The notes: generated by a model not told the origin, from the sequence alone. A stretch of DNA of 64,000 nucleotides from Octopus vulgaris (GCA_951406725.2 OX597827.1:33046001-33110000), one strand, 5' to 3'. Shown: positions 11,927 to 27,475, counted from the stretch's first letter. Numbers and translations are program-made.

Positions 11927-12345
11927 GGCGGCGAGCAGAATTCTTTATGAGCTGGCAGGAACGTTAGCACGCCGGGCGAAATGCGTAGCCGTATTTTGTC
12001 TGCAGTTACGTTCTGAGTTCAAATTCCGCCGAGGTCGACTTTGCCTTTCATCATTTCAGGGTCGATAAATTAAGTACCAGTTACGCACTGGGGTCGATGT
12101 AATCGACTTAATCCGTTTGTCTGTCCTTGTTTGTCTCCTCTGTGTTTAGCCCCTTGTGGATAGTAAAGAAATAGAAATAGGTATATTGTCTGCCGCTAAT
12201 GTTTTGAGTTCAAATTCCGCCAAGGTCGACTTTGTCTTTCATCCTTTTAGGGTCGATAAATTAAGAACCAGTTGCGTACTGGGGTCGATCTAAACGACCA
12301 TCCCCCTCCCCAAAAATTTCAGGCCTTGTGCCTAGAGAAGAAAAC
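11927..12345 (+). mobile_element. tRNA-derived SINE family S2 (internally duplicated)
   Basis: GAGCTGGCAGGAACGTTAGC head with box-B-like GAGTTCAAATTCC. Homologous copies at about 13918-14125, 34710-34850 and 49380-49780. Confidence 0.8.
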
Positions 12346-12360
12346 ATTATTATTATTATT

Positions 12361-13154
12361 CTATGTTTGATTTTTGCTTTACATTTGTACAAGTTGATTC
12401 CAAGTCTCACCCAGAGACTTCAAGAGACAACACGTTGGAAGTTCATGTTGGGGTTATGCCTAGGGTGCCATATATTTGGTTTTGTACATAGTGTTGTTCT
12501 AGAGAATGTTTAAGAAACCATAAGAAAATTATGTTTGTTTTAAAACTTGAGATTACATAGAAAGTATTTTGCGTAGGATATGAGCAATTCCCATGAGCAC
12601 TATCTTTTGAATTTCTGCCATTTCGGGGTTTCTTGGTATCTGAACTACGTAGCAATCAGCCCCTTTTGCTATCATTCCCAGAACACCTATGACAACAGGT
12701 ATTGTTTTAGTCTTCAGGTTCCACATTTTGCTAATTTCTATTTCAAGATCTTTATATTTGCTTAGTTTTTTGTATATCTTGACAGATATACATATATCGA
12801 TTGGGACAGTCATATCAATGAGGAGGCATGATTTTTGTCTGAAGTCTTTCAATATGATGTCTGGCCTATTCGCATCTATCTTTCTGTCAGTTTGAATGGT
12901 GAAGTTCCAGAGGAGTGAGATGTGATCATTTTCAAGCACTGGAAGTGGTTTGTGTTCCCACCAGTTTTTATCATGGGACAAGTCCGGGCTTTTGCAAATT
13001 ACGCAGTGAATATATTGCGCAGCTCTATCATGCCTGTTGAGATACTCTGTAGGCACAAGAAGACTGCACTTGGAGACAACATGATCGATGGTTTCATTTT
13101 GTTGTTGACATACACGACATATTGGGCTACTGCCGTTCTTTAATATGTTGGCCA

Positions 13155-13155
<1 letters not shown>
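12361..13155 (-). mobile_element. R4/Dong-like LINE, second subfamily, 3' fragment flanked by (TTA)n
   Basis: CRVCQQQNETIDHVVSKC knuckle, ANRPDIILKD..CLLIDMTVP..KLSKYKDL..PVVIGVLG. Confidence 0.85.
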
Positions 13156-13356
<201 letters not shown>

Positions 13357-14122
13357 GAATGAGAAAATAATGCATGCCATCAAAGTGACACTGGGGTAAA
13401 ATATACGAAGCCCAATATACCCATCATGACTACCCGTCTAATAGGGCCCACCAGGCATATGCAACACAACCATGTATGCACGACATGGTGATCTCATATC
13501 AAGATAAACAGCACATGACCTTGCAGGTGGGACCCAGTAAGAATTTTCTTCAGGTCGAGTGGCCCATCCCGCTCAAAAGGTCCTTGAATATGGGTTGTTT
13601 AAGGATGATGAACAAAACACCCATGTTGCCAAAGGTGAAATATTCAAACCTCAAAGAATCCCTCTCAACACATGGCTATGATGCTCTCCCACTACTTCTG
13701 CTCGTGATCAGAGATGTACATATCGTCAGCCACTAAAGGACATGCTCAACTGTTAAGGTCAAACAACTGACAAGCAAATCTGTGGTATTTGCTGTAGCCC
13801 ATCTTTTATACCAAGACAAAACAATGTACATGATAACACTTCCAATTAGTTAAGATCAGAAGCCACGAGAGCCACTACCTGGTACTGCATCAGAGCATTT
13901 ACTACTACTACTATTAAGTCGGTGAGCTGGTAGAATCGTTAGCACACCAGACAAAATGTTTAGCGACATATCGTCCATTCGTTCTGAGTTCAAATTCTGC
14001 CGAGATCGACCCTGACGTTCCTCCTTTAGAGGTCGATAAAATAAGTACCAGCCAAGTAGAGGTCAATGAATAGTCTTCCCCTTTCTCTCAAAAACTGCTG
14101 GCCCTGTGCCAAAATTTGAAAC

Positions 14123-14234
<112 letters not shown>

Positions 14235-14317
14235 ATAACTATTTTATAAATAGAGGTGTATATACATACATACACACTCTCACATATATATATACATGTG
14301 TGTGATGTGTGTGTGTG

Positions 14318-14349
<32 letters not shown>

Positions 14350-14941
14350 TGTATGTATGTATGTATGTATGTATGTATGTATGTATGTATGTATGTATGT
14401 GTAGTGGTTAAGTGTGTATCAGTATGTGTTAAGGCGAACAAATGCGATAGGCATGTGGATGGCTTTGAAGTAAACAAATAAATGACATCGATTCATAATT
14501 AAAATAATTTATTTACTGTTCTTGCACATCTGTGGAGGTGATATGTCAGAACTGAATATGTTTTTGTGTGTGTGTGTGTGCATCGTTCATCTGAGAAAGT
14601 AGTCTGCTTTGAACCTTCGTTCGAATACTTCCCTTGTTCTCTGTCTGCGTCCAAAGCCTTTCTGCCTGTCTCTCTGTTGACCACGGTATTTTATAACTGC
14701 TGTGGCAGCTAGAAGGACAGACATACTGCAGCAGAGATTGTGCCTAAATCGGTCAGCTCTTGTCCATTTGAACTTCGTCTTACATGGTTGAGGTCGTAGG
14801 TCAAAGGGAGATGTTTTATCATTTTTTAACAGGACAAAGAAAACCTTTTTTCACACCTGTTGATCGTGGTGGTTTCGGCAACCGAGAATCCTTAGATTCG
14901 GTTTCGAATCTAAGTTTGGAGAAGGAAGTGTTAATTTTTAC

Positions 14942-14972
<31 letters not shown>

Positions 14973-15462
14973 TGTATGTATGTATGTATGTATGTATGTG
15001 CGTGTGTATAAATATGTGTATGTGTGTATTGACATTTATTTTTCCATTCTTTAACTGCGGTCATGCTGGGGTACCACCTTGATTGCTTTAGTCAATCAAA
15101 TCGATACCAGGATTTTAAAAAAAAATATGTTACTTGTTTTAAATCGCTTAAGTTATAGTGTTATAAATACCCACCCCACTCCGGCCACACACACATACAC
15201 GACAAATACGACCGGCTTCCACGAAATTCGTTCCCAACTCATCAGTCACGGGCTGGAATGTATTTGATCGTTAGTCTTACTCAGTTAATGATAACAGCCG
15301 GCTAATCAACAGCAGCAACCGAGAAGAATATTCTGGAACAGCTTAAAGCATTTTAATTAGGATGGGTTAATAGTTTCCAAATCTTGTGATTCTCTAATTG
15401 AGGTCATTAAGAGAGCATTATAATTATTCAGGGCAACACAACAACCCGTTTAATGCAAAATA

Positions 15463-15538
<76 letters not shown>

Positions 15539-15539
15539 T

Positions 15540-15603
<64 letters not shown>

Positions 15604-15715
15604 TCTCTCTTTCTCTCTCAATTAACATGTACTCTTCCAGTGTGTGATAAATATCATTTAATATACACAGTATTTAAATAAGACCTATTTAAATAAGTAT
15701 ATTTAAATAAGAGTT

Positions 15716-16030
15716 ATGTATGGCCTAGTGGCTAGGGGTGTTCGGCTCACGATTGTAAAGGTTTCAGTTCGATTCCCGGCGACGCGTTGTGTCCTTCAGC
15801 AAGACACTTTATTTCACATTGCTCCAATCCATTCAGCTGGCAAAAATGAGCAGTACCTGTATTTCAAAGGGCCAGCCATGTCGCATACTGTGTCAAGCCG
15901 AATCTCCTTGATAACTACGTTAAGAGTACACGTGTCTGTGGAGTGCTCAGCCACTTGCACATTAATTTCAGGAACAGGCTGTTCTACTGATCGGATCAAC
16001 TGGAACCGTCGTCGTCGTAACTGGCAGAGT
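15716..16030 (+). mobile_element. tRNA-derived SINE family S3 with CORE-like box
   Basis: Box A TGGCCTAGTGG, box B GTTCGATTCC, then TGTGTCCTTCAGCAAGACACTTT. Related copy at about 21541-21680. Confidence 0.7.
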
Positions 16031-16432
16031 GCCAGTTATGCTGTTAGTTCCCTACTGTGAAAACGCAATAAGCTAGCAAGCTTATATATCATGCATTGTG
16101 TTTCTAAGCAATCTTACAGGCTCTAATATACATCATGCCTGTACATTTGAGTCTGTAAGATGGTTTTTAAATTCAAGGCTAGATGTAGCTTATTGTGTTC
16201 TGACAGCATGGTACAAATAGCTCATATCTAAATACGGTGTATAATGCTATTTATAATTATATAGGCTGTAAGAAGCTTGCTTCCCAACCACATGGTTCCA
16301 GGTAGAGTCCCACTGCGTGGCATCTTGGGCAAGTGTCTTCTACTATAGCCTCAGACCAACAAAAGCCTTGTGAGCGGATTTGATAGACAGAAACTGAAAG
16401 AAGCCCCTCGTATGTATGTATGTATGTATGTA

Positions 16433-16470
<38 letters not shown>

Positions 16471-17154
16471 AATATGTAGCGTTTTAGTCGAGGGTCACCA
16501 ATTGTAACGGTTCTTGTTGCATCGGAAGGAAGTAGTTCTTTCTAGTCGGGGTGACCATTTGTGGAGGGAATGATATTCGTTGTTTGCCATTTGTAAGACG
16601 AAAGACCATGCGAAAGTTAATTTCGACTTGTATGCGTGTACAGGTTCTTATTGTAGAAGTAAACCATAGATAGTGATAGAATGAGAAAAGAAATTGAGCT
16701 AGTGAAGGTTTAGAGTCGCGGGAAGTTGTCTTATTGTTGGCTGATTGTTAACTTTCTGTCTCCTTCTCGCCGCTTGTCTTTAGTGGCTGCCTGCTTATGA
16801 CCATGGCTAGTTGGTCTTTGTTCATTAACTCATGGTTGCTCTCACTAACTGATTTTGCCTTACCCAATTCTAGTATTTATAACTAGCCAAAACCAGCTAG
16901 AAGGATAGACATATTATTGAGAACAATAGATTTCGTTGGTGGTCGTTATCTCTATTCTAGCATTTGGTGGCCTAGATGTTAGAAGGGTCAAGTGGCAAAG
17001 ACATTATTCTGCTTAGCGAAGGCATCTGGCAAATACAACTGCTGTCACTCACAGAAAAACTATTGTTTTACCGTGAGAAAAGTGCTGTTGAACTGTTAAG
17101 TGAAATTTGGCGATCGAGGATCGAATCCACGCTATGCCTGCATGAAACCACTAC

Positions 17155-17185
<31 letters not shown>

Positions 17186-17415
17186 TGTATGTATTTGTGT
17201 GTCTGTGTTTGTCTTCCCACCATCGCTTGACAACCAATATTGGTGTGTTTACGTCTAGTAACCTAGTGGTTCGGCCAAAAGCGACCAATATAATAAGTAC
17301 CAGGCTTACAAAAAATAAGTCCTGGGGGTTGATTTGTTCGACTAAAGGCGGTGCTTCAGCATGGCCGCAGTCAAATGACTGAAACGAGCAAAATAATACA
17401 AGAATGCATGTGTGC

Positions 17416-17499
<84 letters not shown>

Positions 17500-18015
17500 A
17501 ATAAGGGTAGGTTGTTAGCAATTTTTCAGCCGAAAAGCATAAATATGGACGTCACTAAAGCGAGTAAAAAAATACTTAATGACTCTCGAATCCAGTGCTG
17601 AGGGAGCTTGTGTCCTATGTCACTCATTAAGATAGTAGCTCATCGTGGCTATGGGTTGTTTTTGACTGTTATTTCTTGCAATACTGGTACTGACTAGCGC
17701 TCATAATTGCTTCAATGACGTATATATGTATGTCCACATACATAATACATACATACATACATACATACATACATACATACATACATACATACATACATAC
17801 ATACATACATACATACATGCATGCATGCATACATACACACACTCATGTATTTGTCTTGTGAGTGAATTTGGTAGATGAAAACTGTGGGAAAGACTATCGT
17901 ATATATGTGTGCCCTCTTACATGAGTGTATACATGTGTGTGTGTGTGTGTGTGCGTGTGTGTACGCGTGTGAGTACATCTGTCTGTCTGTATATATGCAT
18001 GTGTGTATGTATGAT

Positions 18016-18136
<121 letters not shown>

Positions 18137-18715
18137 CTTTGTTCTGATGGTAATTTGAACTTAATATTTGCCTCTCAATATATTTTCTTTTCAGATGCTG
18201 TGTCCTAAAATGTAACACACCTTATGTTTTCATTCTTCACCTGCCTATGTCATGAGTTAATTCTGCAACCGAACGTCCAATCTATTTGTCATGATCGGCT
18301 AAATCTATCTTCAAAACGCTCGTGTCGACATCTGCTTAAATCAACATCCCTTGGTATCTATACAACATATCAAGTTAAATAGGACCGCTGAATATTTGCA
18401 AACTTCAACATATGAAACATTTCGCTTGATATATCTGACTAAGATTCACCTGCTTGGTATATTTGTATATCAAGGTCTACGGTGGTTAACACCAGACTTG
18501 GAGGATCTTCAAAAGTCTTGAAATAACACCAACTGTTCCCTTTCTTGTGTTCCTTTGCCCAAACCATGAAAAGATAGCCCAGATCTTTTTATATCTCTAA
18601 TAAAATTGACCATTATATAACAACGTAAACATAGCAATTTAAATTTATTTCCACCGTTTTAAACAGATGTTGAATTTATCTGTTCGATCAATCTGTCAAA
18701 ACCACAGCCTTGTAA

Positions 18716-18875
<160 letters not shown>

Positions 18876-18924
18876 GTAGGTAGGTAGATAGATAGGTAGA
18901 TAGATAGATAGGTAGGTAGGTAGG

Positions 18925-18966
<42 letters not shown>

Positions 18967-19283
18967 CATACATACATACATACATACATACATACATACA
19001 TACATACATACATACATACATACATACATACATACATACATACATACATACGTACATAGTTGCCTAAAAATCATATTTCGATTAATAAAGTGGGTATAGC
19101 GACTTTATTAATCAGTATGATATCAGGAGCTGAGATAACCTGGTAATCATCAAAAAATGGTATCTACGCCACATTATTCGTTTCAAACTTTTCTGACGAT
19201 TGTTGGGATTATCTCAACTCCTTGTATGAAACTCTTGGTAAAGTGGCTGATATGAAAATTTGATATTGTATTTTATGAATAAC

Positions 19284-19345
<62 letters not shown>

Positions 19346-19350
19346 GTCTA

Positions 19351-19391
<41 letters not shown>

Positions 19392-19619
19392 ATGTCCGTC
19401 CGTCCGTCCGTCCGTCCGTCTGTCTGTCTGTCTGTCTGTCTCTCAGTCTCTCAGTCAGTCTATCTGTTTGTCTCTCTAAGATGATAGATCAGTTTGCTAG
19501 ATGTATTGCTATGATATACTAAAATTACAATAGTCTAGAACAGTTATAACTGCCTTATCTAAAATGCCTCTTCTGGAATGTACTTCGTATGTACAACAAT
19601 TATTTGAATAAAACTTTAA

Positions 19620-19750
19620 CTTGGCCTAGCTCCCATCTGGTCCGCGAAGACAAGCCACTTTGCCAACCATCACGATCCATAATCGCTACCTCCAACTCGA
19701 GGGTAGAATCCAATCCTGTGTCCTCCTTCAGGTCGTCGATAAATGTCTGA
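19620..19750 (-). mobile_element. RTE-like LINE 3' remnant
   Basis: Minus-strand translation TFIDDLKEDTGLDSTLELEVAIMDRDGW. Confidence 0.4.
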
Positions 19751-21006
19751 CGACGTCATCTACTATTACCATTTCAATGCTGTGGGTGCCAGAGCACGGG
19801 TTTTTCCGCTTCTTCTACCTGGTGTCACATACATGAGATAGCGAATATAATAGTTAAAAGTTTTAATTGCATAAAATATTTTAGTCATTTATATGAAATT
19901 CCTTCATGGTTGTTGGAAACAAAGTAAGTAGAAAGAGTGAAAACACCTAGCAACTAAACTAACAGAGTTCTGTGTAGCATCTGAGGTTGTTTTGTTTGGA
20001 AATTCAATATAATTGCCTTTTATAACATTCAGTCAAACTTCAAGAACCTTCGGTCAAACTAATTTTAAAGAAGTCTACTGCTTATTTGAACACATCCCAT
20101 CCAATCTGATTGGTGGAACTATGCTCATATAGGCGATAATGAGCTAAGAGAAATAACTCAGACTGCTTATTGATATGTATATGATGGACAAAAATGAATA
20201 AGGATACATTAAATAGCATACAAGATAAATTCTTGATTTACTGAGATTATCTTCGCTTTCAGATAGGTTTCTTGAGATGGCCATTCACTTTAATCAATAT
20301 ATTTGTCATTCGTTCGGTTGCCCAACAAAGAAAACGCAGTTATATGGTGTAACCTCCTTCCATTATTTCCTATATTAGGAACACAAAGAGTAATAAAATT
20401 TTTACACATAAGCCGGTATAAATGCTGGTTGGTTAGTTCGTTGGTTGGTTGGTTGGTTAGTTCGTTGGTTGGTTGGTTGATTTCTCCAACCACGATTTAT
20501 GTCGTATAGAGAGGGGGATACAGAAAGTAGAAGAAAGAAAGATACAGAGAGAATAAACATAAGAGGTGTGGGATAAGTGCACGTACGTGAGGTGGTAGCA
20601 GGCAATAAATAAGGAAACGCTACACACACGTTAGAGACATAATAGACAGAAAAGAAAAAGGAGAAGAGGAGGTGAGGAGAAAAGGTAGGAGATTGGGTGG
20701 GAGGGGAAAAAGAGAGGGAGTATATGACAGAGATGTGAGGGGAGAAGTTACACGTAAGAGAAATACGTTTTGATTTTATTTTAAAGTGAGAAATTTTAAT
20801 TGCTTTCTTTTGAAAGTTAGCATTCATCTCATGGTTTTGTCTAAGCAGCAAGAAATTTGATGGCAAAAGTAAAATCATAATCATTCACTGCATATTATAT
20901 CTCCTGACATAACTCATAGTAGCAAAAGTCTACGTCCAGAGTTACTCCTCATGTGACGAGTAACACTTCAGGATATCTACTAAATCAGTCATCATTATTA
21001 TGTATA

Positions 21007-21202
21007 TACGAGGGAGTACTGAAAAGTTCCTGGCTTTAAGGGTCGCGCGAAAGGCCTGGTTGGTGCTTATGAAATAAGCAAATAACAAAACTTGACAATA
21101 AGTGTATGAATCTGAGAGAGGAATATGTTGCATAAAATCATAATTAGCTGCACCTCTTGTATTTTCTTTTATTCAACGCCAGGAACTTTTCCTCACCCCA
21201 TC

Positions 21203-21204
<2 letters not shown>
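21007..21204. mobile_element. Mariner-derived MITE
   Basis: TACGAGGGAGTACTGAAAAGTTCCTGGC ... GCCAGGAACTTTTCCTCACCCATCGT inverted termini next to TA. Confidence 0.6.
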
Positions 21205-21249
<45 letters not shown>

Positions 21250-21705
21250 GAATTTACAACAAAAAAAAGGCGAAAACGGGTGTGTAAACAACAAACAGAT
21301 GTATTAGTTTAACGCTCGGGAAGTGAGAAAGTCTTTTACGTTTCGAGCCTTCGCTCTTCAACAGAAGGGAATAAGAGAAATAAATAGGGAGAGAAAATAG
21401 AAAAGGTTTAGTGGCTAGCGATAGACACATATATAATTTTCTTTGAAAATATCAATAAATGTAAACAATATTAAGAGTGTTTCGTAATCCTTCTGATTAA
21501 ATACAGTTTTACATAAAAAACAATGTTTCGTGTGTGAAAGCGTATGGCCTGGTGGTTAGGGTGTTACACTCACGATCGCAAGTTCATGGTTTCGATTCCT
21601 AGATCGGCAGTTCATTGAGATCTTGAGCAAAGGACATAATTTAACGTTGCTTTGGTCCACTCAGCTATAAATGGACAGCTCTGAGGCAGACTGGCGCGCG
21701 CGCGC

Positions 21706-21777
<72 letters not shown>

Positions 21778-23429
21778 CGGGTTTTCGCAGTTCTCGTCAG
21801 GGAGATTCTATTCAAACTCTATTATCAATCTAGTGACACGTTAAAAGACATTTGCTCTAATATGTTCCAAGTGAACTTCTTAACCGCACAGCTTTACCAA
21901 CATATCTTCTCACTGGCAAGATGACGTTATCTTATAAACATGAAGGTCACCTCGCTTTGTTTATTTTCAGTAACATTTCGTTCGTAGTTACTGCCTTCTC
22001 ATTATCTTCTCATTAATATTCTACTCTAAATTAAAGCTAACTAATTCTAGTCATACCCTAAATGAAGGGTTGTCAGACTGATAATTACATTGCCTTCTCT
22101 GCTAAAAAAAAAAAAGAAAAAGGAAAAAGCGAAACGAATTTATGAACTCCACCTCCGTTATTCATGACAGCACTACATAGAACCTGCTTCCATATAGCTC
22201 TTCTCTATTCACCACGGTGTTGGACAAAATTATAAAAAGTTTTAAATCATCTAGATTTTAGTAAACATGACTCTTTGTTTAACACGGTCGTTCCCAAACT
22301 TTTTCGGGCTGCTACCCACTTGGCACCCTGACTGCATTCCTAGCGCACCCCAACTGACCATCACAAACATAGACCTCTTTCTGAAGCAAATTCAAAGCAA
22401 CCGTACTTCACAAATAAAACTTAACCTAATTAACCCATTATTTTGTTGTTTTTACATTTATCGCCCGCTTTTGGCCACCCTATTATCACCCCCTAGATCT
22501 TTCCTCTGCTCCTGGGGGAAGGGCGGTACCGCCCACTTTGAGGACTATTGGTCTAACAAAACTAATAGTCCGAACATGTGCCTAATATTCAAAACACTCT
22601 ACCGAATAAAGTTATGAACGTGTAGCGAGGTTCCTGCAGAGGTTTAAACCACAGCGCTTAGATTTCCTCGCTTCAGGACCACGACCCACCATATCGCCAT
22701 AAAAGACAATGTGTCACTATAAAAGACATTGACACCTTCGTGAAAATGACTCGGCCAATCAGCATTGGCTAACCTGTTATATTTGCATAGTATTCAAATA
22801 CAAGGGGCATTTTCCTTGTTTCTGCATATCTCTGTCTCTTTTATTTACTCTTGTGGGTTCGAGGTCGTTGTGAATTCTTGGCAGAGAAGAAGAAGAAGAA
22901 GAAGAAGAAGAAGAAGAAGAAGAAGAAGAAGAAGAAGAAGAAGAAGAAGAAGAAGAAGAAGAAGAAGAAGAAGAAGAAGAAGAAGAAGAAGAAGAAGAAG
23001 AAGAAGAAGAAGAGAATGCGGGAGTAGTATGCTAGTACTAGAGTGTTAAATGGTCAAGTGCCCTGAAAGTGACTTGTGGATGGTAGAAGTGATTGAATTT
23101 TTGAGATATCTCTTTTATTGTTTTTAATATTGTTTTTAATATTTGCGTTTGTTATTCTAAGCATCAATAGTAGTAAAGTAAGGAAGGAGGTGGCGGAGAG
23201 GAAGAAAAAGACGAAGAAGAAGGAGAACGAGAAGAGAAAGAATAATGATAGAAGAATGCGGGAGTGGTATGATAGTAGTAGGATGTTGAATGGTCAAGTG
23301 ACCTAAAAGTGACTCGTTGTGGATTATGGTAGTGACTGGGATTGTTTTTAATGAATTTGGGGTATCTCTTTTGGATGTATCATTTTTAATATTTGCGTGT
23401 GTGTTATTCCTTCGTCGTGGTGGATATGT

Positions 23430-25250
23430 CATTTGTTGTAGATGCGTTCAAAAGGGGTCGGTATCTTGTGACTCTTTACTAATTCGATGGCTATAGATTG
23501 TATCGTCTCTGAATTAATAGAGAGGGGAAATTCTGAAATTTGGTATTTGCTATTGGCACGAATGTCGATGTGTTGGCTGAATGCTATTTTTCTGTTTATC
23601 GGAATTTTGATCTGGGGTCTGTGCAGGGCCATCCTTTAACGTAGACCATCTTTTGTTTGGCCTATGTATTGCTCTTGACATCCAGTGCAGGTTAGTGCGT
23701 ATATCAGGTTCTCCAAAGCACATGTGAAGCTGCTTTTCACTGTGAAACGTTGTCCCTGTTTGAAGGAGAACTCTGATCCCTCAATTAAATTGACGCATAT
23801 CCCTCAGTTGGGCTTTCCGCATTTTTTTACTGACGGCTTCAGTGCTGTTGAGCGTATTCGAACTTGTGTTGGAGACTTTTCATAGATTTGGGTTGTCTCT
23901 TGCTTTTTATGATGGTCTGTGTTTGGAGTATTAAGTTCATTCTGTGATCCTTTTTTAGTAGGGGAATGTTTTGAAGGATGGTGTCGAAGGCTTCATTGTT
24001 AAGAGGGTTGTGTGTGGAGATGTATGGTAGAGCTTTTGGTTGTAAATCCTTTTTTAATTTGGGATGTCTGAGTTCGTGGATGTTGAGTTGTAAGGCAAGT
24101 TGAAAGCATATGTCAATTAGTGAAGGTGGGTAGTTGCTGGTGATGAGTGTATCCTTTAGTTCATGTAGTCGTGTGTCGCTGGTGCTTGCATTAGAAACTA
24201 TAGTACAGGTCCTTTTTGCTAGGTTGAAGAGGATAGTCATTCTTGTGTGTCTGGGGTGGCATGAGTTGAACGGTAGATATTGCTTGGAGTCCGTGGGCTT
24301 ATAGTATATATCTGTTTCTATTACGTTGTTAGATTTCTTAATGAGGATGTCGAGGAAGAGTTGTTGATGGCTATATTCCATCGTGAATTAAATGTTTACA
24401 TCGAGTCCATTTATAAGTGCTGGAAATTCTTTAAGTCTCTCTCTACCTTCATGCCAAAGAATGAAACAGTCATCCACGTATCTCTTCCAGTTACTTTCTA
24501 TGTAGAGAGAGAGAGAGAGTGGGTTGCCGTAACTTACGATAAAGACTAATTTCTAGATATCCCATAACTAGGTTAACAAAGGAGGGGGCCATTCTCGTGC
24601 CCATCGCAGCCCCCGATTTTTGTCGATAGAAGTTGTCTTTGATGATGAAGTAGTTATTCTCCAAGATAAATTTAACCCCTTCTATCACAAATTCTTTTTT
24701 GATGCGATTTGGGAGTTCGTTGGCGTAATTCTCTAGTCAGAACTGAATTGCCTCTATTCCTAGATTGTGAGGGATATTGGAATAGAGGTTGACTACATCG
24801 AAGTATACTAGTAGGGTGTTTTTGTTTATTGTTTCAGGAAGGCGATTGAGTATATCCAGGTCGTCCCTTATGTAGCTTTTGACATGCTTGAGGAATGATT
24901 TTAAGAGGGTAACTAAACAGTTACTGAGGCGGTGGGTTTCGCATGCGGGACATGCTATTATAGGTCTCAATTTGAGGTCATTAGAAGTAGGGACTTTAAT
25001 TATCATGTCTGTGGCTTTCCTGCATGCGTTACTTATTTTCTCACTTTTATGTATCTTGGGAATACCGTAGAATTGACTGGTTTTACTTTTGAAATTGGTC
25101 ATATAGTCATGTTCTTTATCGGTGAGCCCTTTAGTCATATTCTTTATCGGTGAGCCCTTCTCTGTATAGGTTTAACATTTTAGGTCTCTCATTATTTTCT
25201 GCTGACTGTAGTGTTGGGTCTTTTCATAATATGTTGTGTCTTCTAATAAG
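23430..25250 (-). mobile_element. Penelope-like element (RT + GIY-YIG), frameshifted
   Basis: FYGIPKIHK..LRPII..DVVNLYSNIP; YRQKSGAAMG..APS; RYVDDCF; FLDI..YYKPTD..YL..SCHP; LIYALTCTGCQEQYIGQT at about 23655-23710. Diverged direct repeats at about 23013-23150 and 23253-23400. Confidence 0.88.
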
Positions 25251-25275
25251 GATAGTACTAGAGCTATATAGTATA

Positions 25276-25336
<61 letters not shown>

Positions 25337-25337
<1 letters not shown>

Positions 25338-27250
25338 TAGCAGTATCGCCCGGCGTTGCTCGGGTTTGTAAGGGAAATAACTATATAAGCATTTTTAGAG
25401 AGTTATAGCCAAAAAAATAGCAAAAAAAATGCATTAAAAATGGAAAAAAAATTATGGTAAATTTTTTTTTAAATCGTTGACTCATCGTAGACATTTTCTG
25501 TTTTGGTGTCTTCAAGCCATGAAGTCGTTGTTCTAAAAGAACGCTGGTCTCCTTGACAACGCTTTACGACGTTGATTTCCTTACACTCCCTTCTCCACAG
25601 CTTCACGAGGGAGGGAAGAAGGGGAGAAGCAAACAGGTGCAGGCGTGAGCGTGGACGCCAACTCCGCCGCCATCGACACACGAAAAATTATGCATTAAAA
25701 TGGAATAAAAAATGATGTTAAATTATTTTTAAAATCGTAGACTCATCGTAGACGCGCGCTAATACTCAGACGGGCTCGATATGAATCACGACTATAAGAT
25801 ACCCGAATTTGGTTAAACTGCACCGCAAAATGTGGGAGGAGTTAGGAATCTAAATCGAAGGGGACAGACACTCACACAACTTCACTTTTATATATATAGA
25901 CTAGCAGTATCGCCCGGCGTTGCTCGGGTTTGTAAGGGAAATAACTATATAAGCATTTTTAGAGAGTTACTTCCTTTATAGATGCCAATTCGGGCTTTCT
26001 TAGCCATTTCTGTTTTGGTGTCTTCAAGCCATGAAGTCGTTGTTCTAAAAGAACGCTGGTCTCCTTGACAACGCTTTACGACGTTGATTTCCTTACACTC
26101 CCTTCCCCACAGCTTCACGAGGGAGGGAAGAAGGGGGAGAAGCAAACACAGGTGCAGGTGTTTGAGCGTGGACGCCAACTCCGCCGCCATCGACACACGA
26201 AAGATTATGCATTAAAATGGAATAAAAAATGATGTTAAATTATTTTTAAAATCGTAGACTCATCGTAGACGCGCGCTAATAGCCAGACGGGCTCGATATT
26301 AATCACGACTATAAGATACCCGAATTTGGTTAAACTGCACCGCAAAATGTGGGAGGAGTTAGGAATCTAAATCGTAGGAGACAGACACTCACACAACTAC
26401 AGTTATATATATATACTAGCAGTATCGCCCGGCGTTGCTCGGGTTTGTAAGGGAAATAACTATATAAGCATTTTTAGAGAGTTACTTCCCTTATAGATGC
26501 CAATTCGGGCTTTCTTAGCCATTTCTGTTTTGGTGTCTTCAAGCCATGAAGTCGTTGTTCTAAAAGAACGCTGGTCTCCTTGACAACGCTTTACGACGTT
26601 GATTTCCTTACACTCCCTTCCCCACAGCTTCACGAGGGAGGAAGAAGGGGGAGAAGCAAACACAGGTGCAGGCTGTTTGAGCGTGGACGCCAACTCCGCC
26701 GCCATCGACACACGAAAGATTATGCATTAAAATGGAATAAAAAATGATGTTAAATTATTTTTAAAATCGTAGACTCATCGTAGACGCGCGCTAATAGATA
26801 TTAATCACGACAGACGAATTTGGTTAAACTGCACCGCGATATCTAAATCACGACAGTTATATATATATAAGCAGTATCGCCCGGCCTCGGGTTTGTAGGA
26901 AATAACTATATAAGCATTTTTAGAGAGAATTCGGGCTTTCTTAGCCATTTCTGTTTTGGTGTCTTCAAGCCATGAAGTCGCAAAATGTGACAACGGAGTT
27001 GAGTTAGGAAGGTGCTGCTGTCTGGACGCTAACTCCGCCGCCATTGACACACGAAAGATTATGCATTAAAATGGAATAAAAAATGATGTTAAATTATTTT
27101 TAAAACGTAGACTCATCGTAGACGCGCGCTAATAGCCAGACAGGCTCGATATGAATCACGACTATAAGATACCCGAATTTGGTTAAACTGCATCGCAAAA
27201 GTGGGAGGAGTTAGGAATCTAAATCGAAGGGGACAGACACTCACACAACT

Positions 27251-27255
<5 letters not shown>
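25337..27255 (-). mobile_element. Tandem array of about 4 non-autonomous Helitrons
   Basis: Each unit on minus reads 5'-TC...CCCGAGCAACGCCGGG hairpin..CTAG-3'. Unit 3' ends at 25337, 25901 and 26416; the fourth unit is scrambled. Confidence 0.8.
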
Positions 27256-27313
<58 letters not shown>

Positions 27314-27316
<3 letters not shown>

Positions 27317-27475
27317 GACGGATTTTCTTTCAGTTTCCGTCGATCAAATCCACTCACAAAGCTTTGGTCGGTCCGAGGCTATAGTAGAAGGCACTTGCCC
27401 AAGGTGTCACTCAGTGGGATTGAACCCGGAACCATGTGGTTTGGTAGCAAGCCTCTTACCACACGCGTGTGCCTA
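27314..27475 (-). mobile_element. S1 SINE 5' part
   Basis: Homology to 56046-56210. Other partial copies at about 16262-16410, 17195-17400 and 61095-61310. Confidence 0.75.

Noticed and set aside
15716-15790. tRNA genes at SINE heads
   Set aside because: A and B boxes are present but there is no complete cloverleaf, and they continue into SINE bodies.
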